Made by a program: the position numbers and the translations under genes. The notes under the pieces are model-generated. The model ran no database searches and was not told where the DNA came from. It was given only the letters and a program-made list of their open reading frames with translations. Shown one piece after another: positions 38,856 through 48,326 of a stretch of 64,000 nucleotides of DNA (the first letter of the stretch is position 1; each line of letters opens with the position of its first letter). The stretch is from Sphingomonas sp. (lineage in GTDB: Bacteria > Pseudomonadota > Alphaproteobacteria > Sphingomonadales > Sphingomonadaceae), in contig JANLQS010000132.1 in NCBI GenBank assembly GCA_031367995.1, forward strand, positions 1,860-65,859, read 5' to 3'.

Positions 38856-39056
38856 GGCGGTTTCCTGCAAGGGCGGTTCGACGCGCGTTATAAATGGCTG
38901 GCGGGTGGCGGCAAGCGGCTATCCACAGGTGCCGCGAAGGAACGCCGGGACCGCGTCTGTGGATTTCGGGACACAGGCGCTCGATGAATCGACGCGGAGT
39001 CATGGAACTGACAGGTTCGTGAAGCTATATCCCTTGGCGATAAAGGAGTCGTACGC

Positions 39057-39767
39057 GTGGCGCATGCGAAACAGGGGCTGGGTGGAAAGGTGGTAACCGC
39101 GCTTGCGGTGGCCAGTGTCGCCCTGCTGCCCGCGCTCGCCGCCGCCGCCGTCAGCAAGGCGCGTCCGCCTGCCATTTCCCTCAGCTTCGACCGCATTTCG
39201 GCGTTCACCCCGGCTGGGGCCGATCCCCGGCTGGCGGCGACATTCGCGTCGCGCGCGCCGTCGTTCAGCGATTTCAAGTTCACGCCCGCCGCCGCCAGGG
39301 GCCGGCCGGCGCAGATCCGAGTCGCGGTCCGCGCCGGCAGCGCCGCCGCCCAGTCGCGCGGCATGACGATGGCCTCCATCCCGGCGACCGCTTTGACTCC
39401 GACCACCTATAATCTCGGCGTCGCCGTCGGCTGGAAGCGCTTCGCCGTTTCCGGCGATGTCGCGACCACGAGCAATCCGGATTCGGCGATCGGCAAGCGC
39501 GAAAGCGCCTTGGTCGGGGTCAGCTACAATCTCAAGAAGTTCACCGGCCGGATCGCGGTCGGCGCCGAGCGCGGCGATGGCCGCGTTCCCGCGCTCGCCC
39601 AGCCCGACCGCTATTCGCTTGACGTCGGCGGGGCCTACAGCCTCAGCCGCCGCATCGCCTTGACCGGCGGCGTCCGCTACCGCGTCGACCAGGATCATGT
39701 CAGCCCGGTCACCGACCAGCGCCGCGACAGCCAGGCCGTCTACGTCGGCACCGCCTTCAAATTCTGA
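39057..39767 (+). CDS. Putative small outer-membrane beta-barrel (porin-like) protein
   Basis: Signal peptide, alternating beta strands, C-terminal VYVGTAFKF beta-signal. Confidence 0.75.
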   Translation: MAHAKQGLGGKVVTALAVASVALLPALAAAAVSKARPPAISLSFDRISAFTPAGADPRLAATFASRAPSFSDFKFTPAAARGRPAQIRVAVRAGSAAAQSRGMTMASIPATALTPTTYNLGVAVGWKRFAVSGDVATTSNPDSAIGKRESALVGVSYNLKKFTGRIAVGAERGDGRVPALAQPDRYSLDVGGAYSLSRRIALTGGVRYRVDQDHVSPVTDQRRDSQAVYVGTAFKF

Positions 39768-39822
39768 TCGGGGCGGTTCGCCCGCCTAGCCGCGCCGCGG
39801 TGCCTTACCTATAGCGCCTGCC

Positions 39823-40479
39823 ATGGCTTCCCCCAGCGACCGCCTTGCCCTCGTCCACCAGCAGGTCGAGCGCGCGTGCAATACAGCGCGGCGCTCATCT
39901 TCGTCGGTTGAGACCATCGCAGTGTCCAAGACCCGCTCCGTCGAAGAGATCGAACCGCTGATCGCCGCCGGCCAGCGCGCGTTCGGCGAAAGCCGGGTCC
40001 AGGAAGCGCAAGGCAAATGGTCCGCGCTTCGCCTGCGCTATCCCGATCTCACCCTCCACATGATCGGTCGGCTGCAATCGAACAAGGCGGCCGACGCCGT
40101 CGCTTTGTTCGATGTCCTCCATTCGCTCGACCGGCCGTCTCTGCTCGACGAACTCACCGCCGCCGCCGCCTCGGCCGGGCGTTTCCCGGCCTGCTTCGTC
40201 CAGGTCAACATCGGCGCCGAAGCGCAGAAGGGCGGCGTCGCGATTGCCGAGCTCGGCCCCTTCATCGCCCGTGTCCGCGCCTCGCCGCTGCCGCTCGCCG
40301 GGCTGATGTGCATTCCCCCGGCGGGGGCGGAGCCGGCGCCTTATTTCGCGCTGTGTCATGAATTGGCGATGCAGCAAGGGCTGAGCGGCCTGTCGATGGG
40401 CATGTCGGCCGATTATCCGACCGCGGTTCTGCTTGGCGCCACCGTCATCCGCGTCGGTGCGGCATTGTTCGAGGATTGA
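39823..40479 (+). CDS. yggS: YggS family PLP homeostasis protein
   Basis: AVSKT, FGESRVQE, HMIGRLQSNK, LSMGMSAD, IRVG. Confidence 0.94.
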   Translation: MASPSDRLALVHQQVERACNTARRSSSSVETIAVSKTRSVEEIEPLIAAGQRAFGESRVQEAQGKWSALRLRYPDLTLHMIGRLQSNKAADAVALFDVLHSLDRPSLLDELTAAAASAGRFPACFVQVNIGAEAQKGGVAIAELGPFIARVRASPLPLAGLMCIPPAGAEPAPYFALCHELAMQQGLSGLSMGMSADYPTAVLLGATVIRVGAALFED

Positions 40480-41141
40480 TGCGCTTTTCCGCCCTGATCT
40501 TCGACTTTGACGGCGTGCTGATCGAAAGCGAATGGGCGGGCAACGCGCAGATCGCCGACTATCTCACCGCGCGCGGCTTCCCGACCAGCACGCGCCAGTC
40601 GATGGACCAGTTCATGGGCCTCGCCGGCGCCGATTTCCGCGCCGCCGTCGAACGCTGGATCGGTGGGCCGCTTCCCGACGATTTTCAGGCCGAACGAACC
40701 GGCGCCGACGCGCGGATGATCGCCGACGGCATCGCCGAAGTGGCCGGCGCGGTGCGCTTCGTCCGCTCGCTCGATCCGACGCTGCCGAAAGCCGTCGCTT
40801 CCTCCTCGTCGCTCGAATGGATCGAGCGTCACCTCGATCATCTCGGCCTGCGCGACGCGTTCGGCGACAATTTATTCAGCGGGCGGACGCACGTCACCCG
40901 CGGCAAGCCCGCGCCCGACCTCTACTGGCACGCCGCCGACGCGCTCCAAGTGTCCATCGCTGAGACCGTGATCATCGAAGATTCGCCGGTCGGCGTCACC
41001 GGCGCGGTGGCATCGGGGGCGAAGGTCATCGGCCTGGTCGCGGGGCAGCATTGCGGCGACGATCATGGTCAGCGGCTGCGGGCGCTCGGCGCGCATCACA
41101 TCGCCCGCGACTTCGACGAGGTCGCCGCTTTGTTCGCTTAG
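40479..41141 (+). CDS. HAD family phosphatase
   Basis: [27 protein letters not shown]. Confidence 0.9.
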   Translation: MRFSALIFDFDGVLIESEWAGNAQIADYLTARGFPTSTRQSMDQFMGLAGADFRAAVERWIGGPLPDDFQAERTGADARMIADGIAEVAGAVRFVRSLDPTLPKAVASSSSLEWIERHLDHLGLRDAFGDNLFSGRTHVTRGKPAPDLYWHAADALQVSIAETVIIEDSPVGVTGAVASGAKVIGLVAGQHCGDDHGQRLRALGAHHIARDFDEVAALFA

Positions 41142-42184
41142 GGAAGGTGCCCGCTCTTGGCTTGCTTGGTGGCGATATAATCGGCGTTGTGCGGGTTGAC
41201 CGGCATGTGGTGGGCGACCCGCTCGACAACCTCTATTCCCGCCGCGCCGAGGCCGGCGACCTTGGCGGGGTTGTTGGTCAGCAATCGAACCCGGTCGATG
41301 CCGAGCGCGCGCAGCATCGCCGCCGCCAGCCCATAGTCGCGCTCGTCGTCGGCAAAGCCGAGCCGCCGGTTGGCCTCGACCGTATCGAGTCCGCGGTCCT
41401 GCAGTTCGTACGCGCGCAGCTTGTTGGCGAGGCCGATGCCGCGGCCCTCCTGGCGAAGGTAGAGCAAGACGCCGCCGCCGGCATCGCCGATGATCCGCAG
41501 CGCTTCCTTCAGCTGCGGGCCGCAGTCGCATTTGAGGCTTCCGAACACGTCGCCGGTCAGGCATTCGCTGTGCAGCCGGACGAGCGGCGGCTGGCCGCCG
41601 AACGCGCCGATCAGCAACGCGACATGCTCTTCCCCCGTGGCGGCCTCGCGGAACGACACCATCTGGGATGGCGGAAGGCCGTCGATTGGCAGCTTCGCGC
41701 GCGCGACGATCGAGGTGACCGGCGTCCGGGCTGCGGCAGCGACCTCGTCGATTGAGATCGTTGCGGCGGCCTGGCCATCGACCAGCCATAACGCCGGCAG
41801 GACTCCGGCGAGGCGGGCGAGGGTGAGCGCGGCGGCGGCCTCGGCCGGGCAGCTCACGGCCTGGGCGCCGAGCGGGCCGATCGGACCGCGGCCGAAATCC
41901 AGGGCGGGGTCGGCGAGCGCCAGGGCCGCCGCGTGGTCGAGCCAGTCGCAGCGATTGACCTGGACCGGGCCGGCGAGGTCGCCGGCCTCGCGTTCGTTGC
42001 CGAGGCCGAGCGCGGCGGCGCGTTGCCCGCTGAGCAGGATCGGTGCGGCTGCCGCGGGGCCGATCAGATCAAGCATCGCCGGCGTCGCGGTCTCGACCGC
42101 CAGGACGGTTGCGTCGCCGACCCGGACCGGCCGTCCCGCCCGCAAGGCGGCGATTGCCCGCTCGAGCCGGCCGGGCTCGCTCAC
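41138..42184 (-). CDS. ribA: GTP cyclohydrolase II with degenerate N-terminal RibB-like domain
   Basis: [37 protein letters not shown] start overlaps the xth stop. Confidence 0.94.
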   Translation of the reverse strand: MSEPGRLERAIAALRAGRPVRVGDATVLAVETATPAMLDLIGPAAAAPILLSGQRAAALGLGNEREAGDLAGPVQVNRCDWLDHAAALALADPALDFGRGPIGPLGAQAVSCPAEAAAALTLARLAGVLPALWLVDGQAAATISIDEVAAAARTPVTSIVARAKLPIDGLPPSQMVSFREAATGEEHVALLIGAFGGQPPLVRLHSECLTGDVFGSLKCDCGPQLKEALRIIGDAGGGVLLYLRQEGRGIGLANKLRAYELQDRGLDTVEANRRLGFADDERDYGLAAAMLRALGIDRVRLLTNNPAKVAGLGAAGIEVVERVAHHMPVNPHNADYIATKQAKSGHLP

Positions 42185-42972
42185 AGCGTCAGCTCGACGA
42201 CCAGCGGTACATGGTCCGACGGACGCTGCCAGCTGCGACATGGCTCGTGAACCTGGTGCGCGGTCGCCTGCGCGGCCAAGGACGGAGACGCCCACATATG
42301 GTCGAGCCGCCGGCCGCGGTCGTTGGCCGTGTGGTCGGGCGAGCGATAGCTCCACCAGGTGAAATTGCGCTCCGGCGCGGGGATGAACTGCCGCCCGAGG
42401 TCGACCCAGCCGTGCGCCGCCTGCAACCGGCCAAGCGCCGCCACCTCGACCGGTGTGTGGCTGACCACGTCGATCAGCGCCTTGTGGCTCCACACGTCGC
42501 AGTCCAGCGGGGCGACGTTGAAATCGCCGACGATCAGGGTCGGCTCGGCCAGCTCTTCGGACCAGCGGGTCATGCGTTCGATGAAGTCGAGCTTCTGCCC
42601 GAACTTGGGGTTGAGCGCGCGGTCGGGGATGTCGCCGCCGGCCGGGATGTAAACATTTTCAATGCGGATGCCGCAGTCGAGCCGGGCGCCGATGTGGCGC
42701 GCCTCTCTGTTGTCCTGCCAGTCGTGGCGACCCGAATCGTGCAGCGCGACGCGGCTGAGGATCGCGACGCCATGGTGCATCTTCTGCCCGTTGAGTTCGT
42801 GATGGTGATAGCCGCGGCCGTGGAACAGGTCGGCGGGGAAGGCCGCGTCCATCGCCTTGGTTTCCTGGAGGCACAAGATGTCGGGCTGTTCCTCGTCAAG
42901 GAACCGGCCGACGATCTCGGCGCGGGCGCGCACCGAGTTGATGTTCCAGCTGGCGATCTTGAGCTTGGTCAC
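42181..42972 (-). CDS. xth: Exodeoxyribonuclease III
   Basis: [30 protein letters not shown]. Confidence 0.94.
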   Translation of the reverse strand: MTKLKIASWNINSVRARAEIVGRFLDEEQPDILCLQETKAMDAAFPADLFHGRGYHHHELNGQKMHHGVAILSRVALHDSGRHDWQDNREARHIGARLDCGIRIENVYIPAGGDIPDRALNPKFGQKLDFIERMTRWSEELAEPTLIVGDFNVAPLDCDVWSHKALIDVVSHTPVEVAALGRLQAAHGWVDLGRQFIPAPERNFTWWSYRSPDHTANDRGRRLDHMWASPSLAAQATAHQVHEPCRSWQRPSDHVPLVVELTL

Positions 42973-43041
42973 GGGCTGAGCGGCAAGCCTGCAAGGGGTG
43001 GTCGGGAGGGCCTTTTAGCCGCCTCCCCCCGCCAGGCAACT

Positions 43042-43160
43042 AAAAGGCCCTCGTCCCGGGGGCATGGGACGAGGGCCAACCCAGCGTTCGTCACGCAAGG
43101 CGATCTCGGCGACCCCGGGTAACAGGGGGAAACCCCGGGCATTTTGCCTCGATCGGCACG
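43042..43160 (-). ncRNA. Candidate small RNA or structured leader with C-rich loops and terminator
   Basis: Minus-strand hairpin with TTCCCCCTG loop, then a 12-bp stem (43046-43077) with ATGCCCCC loop and TTTT tail. No credible ORF. 5' end is approximate. Confidence 0.5.
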
Positions 43161-43253
43161 AGAATTGCGCTTCGCCACCTGTCGCGGAGCTTAACGCGTT
43201 GCGATTTCGAACCAAAAATATCCGACCGGTTGAGAAGGCTTGTCAACAGTGTG

Positions 43254-43269
43254 TAATGTTGTAACATTA
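43254..43269. promoter_or_regulatory. Palindromic operator upstream of TonB-like gene
   Basis: TAATGTT-GT-AACATTA, perfect inverted repeat in an AT-rich patch just before the AAGGAGG RBS. Confidence 0.6.
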
Positions 43270-43293
43270 TGTCGTTGGACAAGGAGGCCTGTG

Positions 43294-43959
43294 ATGCTTG
43301 CCTATACCGCCGATCGCCGCCCCGCCGGGCCGTCCGTTTCACCCCGCACTTTGGTCCTTGTCGTCGCCGGTCACGCCGCGCTGCTCGGCCTGGTGATGAC
43401 CGCGAGGGGCGACCTGCCGCTGCCCCGCCAGTTCGATCCGACTCAGGTCATCTTTGTCGACCCGATCAAGCCGCCCCCGCCCGAACCGCAGCCTCAGCCG
43501 CAACCGAAGCGCGACCCGGTCCGCTCGGTCATCGCCCGGCCGACGGCCATCGCGCCCTTGCCGCTGCCGACCCCGGTGCCGCTCGACACATCCCCGCATC
43601 CGGCGCTGCCGCCGACGCCCTTCGTCGGCACTGGCGACGCCGTGCCTCAGCCACAGCCGCCAATCCCGGGAGTCGGCCGCAAGGCGCCGCGCTTCGCCAC
43701 CCCGCCCGACTCGGTTCGCCCGCCCTATCCGGAGGAGAAGCGGCGGCTCGAGCAAGAGGCCGACCTCCATCTTTCGCTGCGGATCGACCCGCGCGGTCGC
43801 GTCGTCGCGGTCGACCCGGTCGGACCCGCCGATCCTGTGTTCCTGGCTGCGGCGCGGCGACACATTCTCAGGGCCTGGCGCTACCAGCCCGCCATGGAGG
43901 GCGGTCAGCCGGTCGCATCGCGGGTCACCATCACGCTCAGTTTCCGCCTCGACGAATGA
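43294..43959 (+). CDS. Energy transducer TonB family protein
   Basis: N-terminal TM with His (VAGHAALL), Pro-rich linker, PPYP...WRYQPA C-terminal domain. Confidence 0.85.
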   Translation: MLAYTADRRPAGPSVSPRTLVLVVAGHAALLGLVMTARGDLPLPRQFDPTQVIFVDPIKPPPPEPQPQPQPKRDPVRSVIARPTAIAPLPLPTPVPLDTSPHPALPPTPFVGTGDAVPQPQPPIPGVGRKAPRFATPPDSVRPPYPEEKRRLEQEADLHLSLRIDPRGRVVAVDPVGPADPVFLAAARRHILRAWRYQPAMEGGQPVASRVTITLSFRLDE

Positions 43960-43995
43960 CTGGCCCTCGGGCGCGGGGCGGCTTATCGTAACGCG

Positions 43996-44322
43996 ATGGC
44001 CGTCTTCCCCCCCGTGTCCAGCCCGCGCGCCGCCGTGCGCGATTTTCTTGCCGTCTTCCGCCACGGCGACAATCGCGACCGCGTGCTCGGCCTCACCCTG
44101 GCGGTGCTGATCACGATCATCATTCTCATCATCTTCTTCGTCGATTCGAGCATCAACACCGCGCCGCCGCAGCAGATCGTCTATGTCGAGACCTACAAGC
44201 CCGGCCGGACCGATGCCGATATCAAGGCCGACCAGAAGAAGGATCAGGCCGAACGCGTGGCTTTTGCGAAGGCCAAGCAGCGCCAGTTCCAGAAGCTCGA
44301 GAAGCAACTCGGCATTGAGTGA
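43996..44322 (+). CDS. Hypothetical single-TM membrane protein
   Basis: 108-aa ORF with typical codon usage, one TM helix and a charged tail. Overlaps the ribD start. Confidence 0.75.
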   Translation: MAVFPPVSSPRAAVRDFLAVFRHGDNRDRVLGLTLAVLITIIILIIFFVDSSINTAPPQQIVYVETYKPGRTDADIKADQKKDQAERVAFAKAKQRQFQKLEKQLGIE

Positions 44323-45289
44323 CGCCGCATTCATGGCGGAAGCGATTGCGCTGGGCGACGCCGCGCGTGGCCGTACCGCGCCCAACCCCAATGTCGGTTG
44401 CGTGATCGTCAAGGATGGCCAGGTCATCGGCCGCGGCGCCACCCACCCCGGTGGCCGGCCCCACGCCGAAGCCGTCGCGCTGAGCGAGGCGGGCAAGGCG
44501 GCCAAAAGCGCGACGCTCTACACCAGCCTCGAACCCTGCGCCCACGTCAGCGATCGCGGCCCGGCCTGCAGCGACCTCATCGTCGAGTCCGGCGTGGCGC
44601 GCGTCGTCGCCGCGCTCGAGGATCCCGACCCGCGCACATCCGGGCAGGGGTTCGCCCGCCTGCGCGAAGCCGGCATCGCGGTCGATGTCGGCGAGGGCGC
44701 CGACGCCGCTCGACGCTCGCTGGCCGGCTTCCTCACCCGCCTCGCGCTCGGCCGCCCGCGGATCACTTTGAAGCTGGCGCTATCGATCGACGGCAAGGTC
44801 GCGCTGCCGTCGGGCGAATCGAAGTGGATCACGGGTGAGGACGCCCGCGCCCATGTCCATCTCGAGCGCGCCCACAGCGACATGATCCTGGTCGGCCGCG
44901 GCACCTATCTGGCCGACTCGCCCAAGCTCGACGTCCGCCTGCCGGGCCTCGAAGAGTTGAGCCCGCGCCGCGCCCTGCTGACCCGCGGCGACGCGGTCGA
45001 GGGGTGGGAAACCCTGTCTTCCCCGCAGGATGTCTATCGGCTTCATGACGTCAACGAGCTGCTGGTCGAGGGCGGCTCCGCGACCGCCACCGCTTTCCTC
45101 GCCGCCGATCTCGTCGACTGCATCCTCATCTACCGCGCCCCGATTTTGGTCGGCGAGGGCAAGTCGTCGGTCGGATACATCGGCCTCGACGCCATCGCCG
45201 ATGCTCACGGCCGCTGGCGTGCCAGCGACGGCGCCCACCTTGGCATCGACCGACTCGAAGTCTACGAGCGCGTCCGCGGTCAGGAGTAA
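44315..45289 (+). CDS. ribD: Riboflavin biosynthesis deaminase/reductase RibD
   Basis: PNPNVGCVIV, HAE, LEPCAH...C, SIDG, SKWITG, VEGG. Start is TTG 44315 or ATG 44333. Confidence 0.95.
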   Translation: MSDAAFMAEAIALGDAARGRTAPNPNVGCVIVKDGQVIGRGATHPGGRPHAEAVALSEAGKAAKSATLYTSLEPCAHVSDRGPACSDLIVESGVARVVAALEDPDPRTSGQGFARLREAGIAVDVGEGADAARRSLAGFLTRLALGRPRITLKLALSIDGKVALPSGESKWITGEDARAHVHLERAHSDMILVGRGTYLADSPKLDVRLPGLEELSPRRALLTRGDAVEGWETLSSPQDVYRLHDVNELLVEGGSATATAFLAADLVDCILIYRAPILVGEGKSSVGYIGLDAIADAHGRWRASDGAHLGIDRLEVYERVRGQE

Positions 45290-45291
45290 TC

Positions 45292-45891
45292 ATGTTCACC
45301 GGGATCATCACCGACATCGGCACCGTCCGCAGCGCCGAGCAGCGCGGCGACCTGCGCCTGACCATCGCCACGGCTTATGATCTGGCGAGCGTCGATCTCG
45401 GCGCCTCGATCGCCTGCTCGGGCGCCTGCCTGACCGTGGTCGACAAGGGTGACGACTGGTTCGCCGTCGATGTTTCCGCGGAGACGGCCGACTGCACCGC
45501 GCCGCGCTGGACTGAAGGGGCAAAGCTCAACCTCGAGCGCGCGCTGCGTATGGGCGACGAGCTTGGCGGCCATTTCGTCACCGGCCATGTCGATGCGCTC
45601 GGCGATGTCGTCCGAACAACGCCCGACGGCGATTCGACCCGGCTCGTCATCCGCGTTCCCGCCGCGCTCGGCCCGATGATCGCCGCCAAGGGCTCGATCA
45701 CCCTCGATGGCGCATCGCTGACGGTCAACGCGGTTACGGACGGCGACGACGGCACCGATGTCGAGGTTAACATCATCCCCCACACCGCCGCCCACACCAC
45801 GCTGGGCGCGCTCGCCGCAGGATTCACGGTGAATGTCGAAATCGATGTGATCTCGCGCTACCTGCAACGCATGGCAGCCGCCAGAATGTGA
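45292..45891 (+). CDS. ribE: Riboflavin synthase (alpha chain)
   Basis: MFTGII, SIACSGACLTV, NLERAL, GGHFVTGHVD. Confidence 0.96.
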   Translation: MFTGIITDIGTVRSAEQRGDLRLTIATAYDLASVDLGASIACSGACLTVVDKGDDWFAVDVSAETADCTAPRWTEGAKLNLERALRMGDELGGHFVTGHVDALGDVVRTTPDGDSTRLVIRVPAALGPMIAAKGSITLDGASLTVNAVTDGDDGTDVEVNIIPHTAAHTTLGALAAGFTVNVEIDVISRYLQRMAAARM

Positions 45892-45899
45892 AAACACGG

Positions 45900-45927
45900 T
45901 TGATAAATCACACTGTCGTGTGATAAT
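45900..45927 (+). promoter_or_regulatory. Internal sigma70-like promoter of ribB overlapped by palindromic operator
   Basis: -35 TTGATA (45900-45905), TGn-GATAAT -10 (45922-45927), ATCACAC-TGTC-GTGTGAT at 45907-45924. ATG 8 nt after the -10 with no SD. Confidence 0.7.
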
Positions 45928-45935
45928 CGCCCGAA

Positions 45936-47237
45936 ATGTCCACCAATCTCATCGACCGAATCACATCGCTGGTAACCGCCGGCGAAACCAGCCGCAGCGG
46001 CCTTGCCCGCGCCGCCGGCCTCCATCCCAACAGCTTGCGCAAGCTCGGGGCGCCCGACTGGAACCCTACCGCCGACACGCTCGGGCGCTTGGAAAAGCTG
46101 CTCGACGGCGGGGTTCAGGACGTGCTCGTCGGCCCCGAAGCGATCATCGACGAGGCGCGCAACGGGCGAATGTTCATCCTCGTCGACGACGACGACCGGG
46201 AGAATGAGGGCGACCTGGTCATCCCGGCGCAGATGGCGACGCCTGACGCGATCAACTTCATGGCCCGCCACGGCCGCGGGCTGATCTGCCTCGCGCTCGG
46301 CAAGGAACGGGTCGACGCGCTCGGGCTGGAGCCGATGGCGCGGCGCAACGGCACTCCGCTCGAAACCGCCTTCACCGTCTCGATCGAGGCGCGCGACGGG
46401 GTCACCACCGGCATCTCCGCCGCCGACCGTGCGCGCACCATCGCGGTGGCCATCGACAGCGCCAACGGCCCCGACGCCATCGTCTCGCCCGGCCATGTCT
46501 TCCCGCTCGTCGCCCGGCCCGGCGGCGTACTCGTCCGCGCCGGCCATACCGAGGCGGCGGTCGACGTGTCGCGGCTTGCCGGGCTCAACCCGTCGGGCGT
46601 GATCTGCGAGATCATGCGCGAGGACGGGACCATGGCCCGGCTCGACGATCTGATGGACTTCGCGCGCACCCACGGGCTCAAAATCGGCACCATCCGCGAC
46701 CTCATCGCCTACCGCCTGAAGAAGGATCATATGGTCGAGCGGGTCGCTGAGACGCGCTTCACCAGCCGCTCGGGCGGGCACTGGATCGCGCAGGTGTTCC
46801 GCGACAAGGCCAGCGGCGAGGAGCAATTGGCGCTGGTCCACGGCGCGATCGACCCGGCCTCGCCGACGCTGGTGCGGATGCACTCGATCGACTTGTTCGC
46901 CGACCTCCTCGGCGAAGCCTCGCCGCGCTCGGGGCTGCTCGACGGGGCGATGGCGATGATCGAGGGCGAGGGCTCGGGGGTGGTCGTCGCGCTCCACGCC
47001 GCCGCGCCGGGTTCGCTCAGCCGCGCCACCGATCATCGGTCGGGCAAGCTCGGCGAAAGCGGCACGGCGCTGCGAGGTTATGGCATCGGCGCGCAGATTC
47101 TCGCCGCGCTCGGCATCCACGACATGATCCTCCTGACCAACACCCGCCACGCCCCGGTCGGCCTCAGCGCCTACGGTCTGGCGATCGTCGAGGAGCGCTG
47201 CATCGATCGGCCCGCTATGTTTTCGACGGCAAGCTGA
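45936..47237 (+). CDS. ribB: 3,4-dihydroxy-2-butanone-4-phosphate synthase with N-terminal HTH-like domain and degenerate RibA domain
   Basis: [45 protein letters not shown]. About 60 aa helical N-terminal extension. C-terminal domain lacks the Zn-binding cysteines. Confidence 0.94.
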   Translation: MSTNLIDRITSLVTAGETSRSGLARAAGLHPNSLRKLGAPDWNPTADTLGRLEKLLDGGVQDVLVGPEAIIDEARNGRMFILVDDDDRENEGDLVIPAQMATPDAINFMARHGRGLICLALGKERVDALGLEPMARRNGTPLETAFTVSIEARDGVTTGISAADRARTIAVAIDSANGPDAIVSPGHVFPLVARPGGVLVRAGHTEAAVDVSRLAGLNPSGVICEIMREDGTMARLDDLMDFARTHGLKIGTIRDLIAYRLKKDHMVERVAETRFTSRSGGHWIAQVFRDKASGEEQLALVHGAIDPASPTLVRMHSIDLFADLLGEASPRSGLLDGAMAMIEGEGSGVVVALHAAAPGSLSRATDHRSGKLGESGTALRGYGIGAQILAALGIHDMILLTNTRHAPVGLSAYGLAIVEERCIDRPAMFSTAS

Positions 47238-47659
47238 TGGCCCACGTCTTGATCGCCGAGGCGCGATTCTACGCGCATCTCAATGACATGCTCCTCGCAG
47301 GTGCCCGCGCCGCTATCGATGCTGGCGGCCACAGCCACGACACGGTCACCGTTCCGGGCGCGCTCGAGCTGCCCGCCGCGATCAGCCTCGCCGCCGACGT
47401 CGGCACCTATGACGCCTTTGTCGCGCTCGGCATCGTCATCCGCGGCGAAACGTTTCATTTCGAGATTGTCGCCGGCGAAAGCGCGCGCGGGCTGATGGCG
47501 TTGACGCTCGACGGGCTGGCCGTCGGCAACGGTATCCTGACGGTCGAAAACGAAGCCCAGGCCGTCGTCCGCGCCGACCCCAGCCAAGCCGACAAGGGTG
47601 GCGATGCGGCCAAAGCGGCGCTGGCGTTGCTCGCCCTGAAAGGCCGCTTCGCCCCCTAA
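47237..47659 (+). CDS. ribH: 6,7-dimethyl-8-ribityllumazine synthase
   Basis: [29 protein letters not shown]. Confidence 0.96.
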   Translation: MAHVLIAEARFYAHLNDMLLAGARAAIDAGGHSHDTVTVPGALELPAAISLAADVGTYDAFVALGIVIRGETFHFEIVAGESARGLMALTLDGLAVGNGILTVENEAQAVVRADPSQADKGGDAAKAALALLALKGRFAP

Positions 47660-48297
47660 TCCAGCGCCAGCCATACCTCGTTCCGGCGCAGCGGCCCGGG
47701 GATTATCGGCGAATTGTAGAAGGCATATTCGGGCTCGGCGTTGCTGGTCTCTCCGGCCCGCGCCAGCCAGCCGCGCAATTTGTCTTCCTGCGCCGCCAGG
47801 TCGCGGTCGTCGGGGCGCCCGGGAAAACTGATCACCGCCACCCGCCGCGACGGCAGTTCGACCAGGTCGATGCCGTCGGGGGGTTCGGGCAAATCGTCGG
47901 CGCCGCGCCCGTCGGGCATCACGAACCGGGTCCGCCAGCCGCCCTCGATCATGTCGTCGTCGAACAATGGCGGGTCGCTTGCCATCGGGTCGCCCGGGTC
48001 CTGCATCACCGGCACCGTCATCGCCAGCGGCTCGCCATCGCGCGACTTGGCGAAAAGGTAATCGGCGAGGAGGCGGAAGCCGTCGCCCAGTGCCCGCCGC
48101 CGCGGCCCGTGGACCACCGTCTCGGCGACGGTCATCGCCGGATAGTCGCGGATCTGAAACTCGCCGTCGCTCTTGAGCGCGCGATAGTCGGGCTCCTCGG
48201 TCTGTTTTTCGCGCCACACATAGATCGCCCCGCCGATCAGCGCGGCGCCGGCCGCGGCGGCCCCGGCCAGCAAGGTGCGTTGCAGCGATTTGTCCAT
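47656..48297 (-). CDS. SOUL family heme-binding protein, membrane anchored
   Basis: [34 protein letters not shown]...RRNEV. N-terminal TM helix. Confidence 0.88.
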   Translation of the reverse strand: MDKSLQRTLLAGAAAAGAALIGGAIYVWREKQTEEPDYRALKSDGEFQIRDYPAMTVAETVVHGPRRRALGDGFRLLADYLFAKSRDGEPLAMTVPVMQDPGDPMASDPPLFDDDMIEGGWRTRFVMPDGRGADDLPEPPDGIDLVELPSRRVAVISFPGRPDDRDLAAQEDKLRGWLARAGETSNAEPEYAFYNSPIIPGPLRRNEVWLALD

Positions 48298-48326
48298 GAC
48301 CCGTCTCCTTACCGGCAAGAACCGCT

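Noticed and set aside
42973-44315. FMN riboswitch upstream of the rib genes
   Set aside because: No recognisable RFN core (AGGGCGGGGTGAAATTCCCCACCGGCGG...GCCGACGG-like) on either strand.
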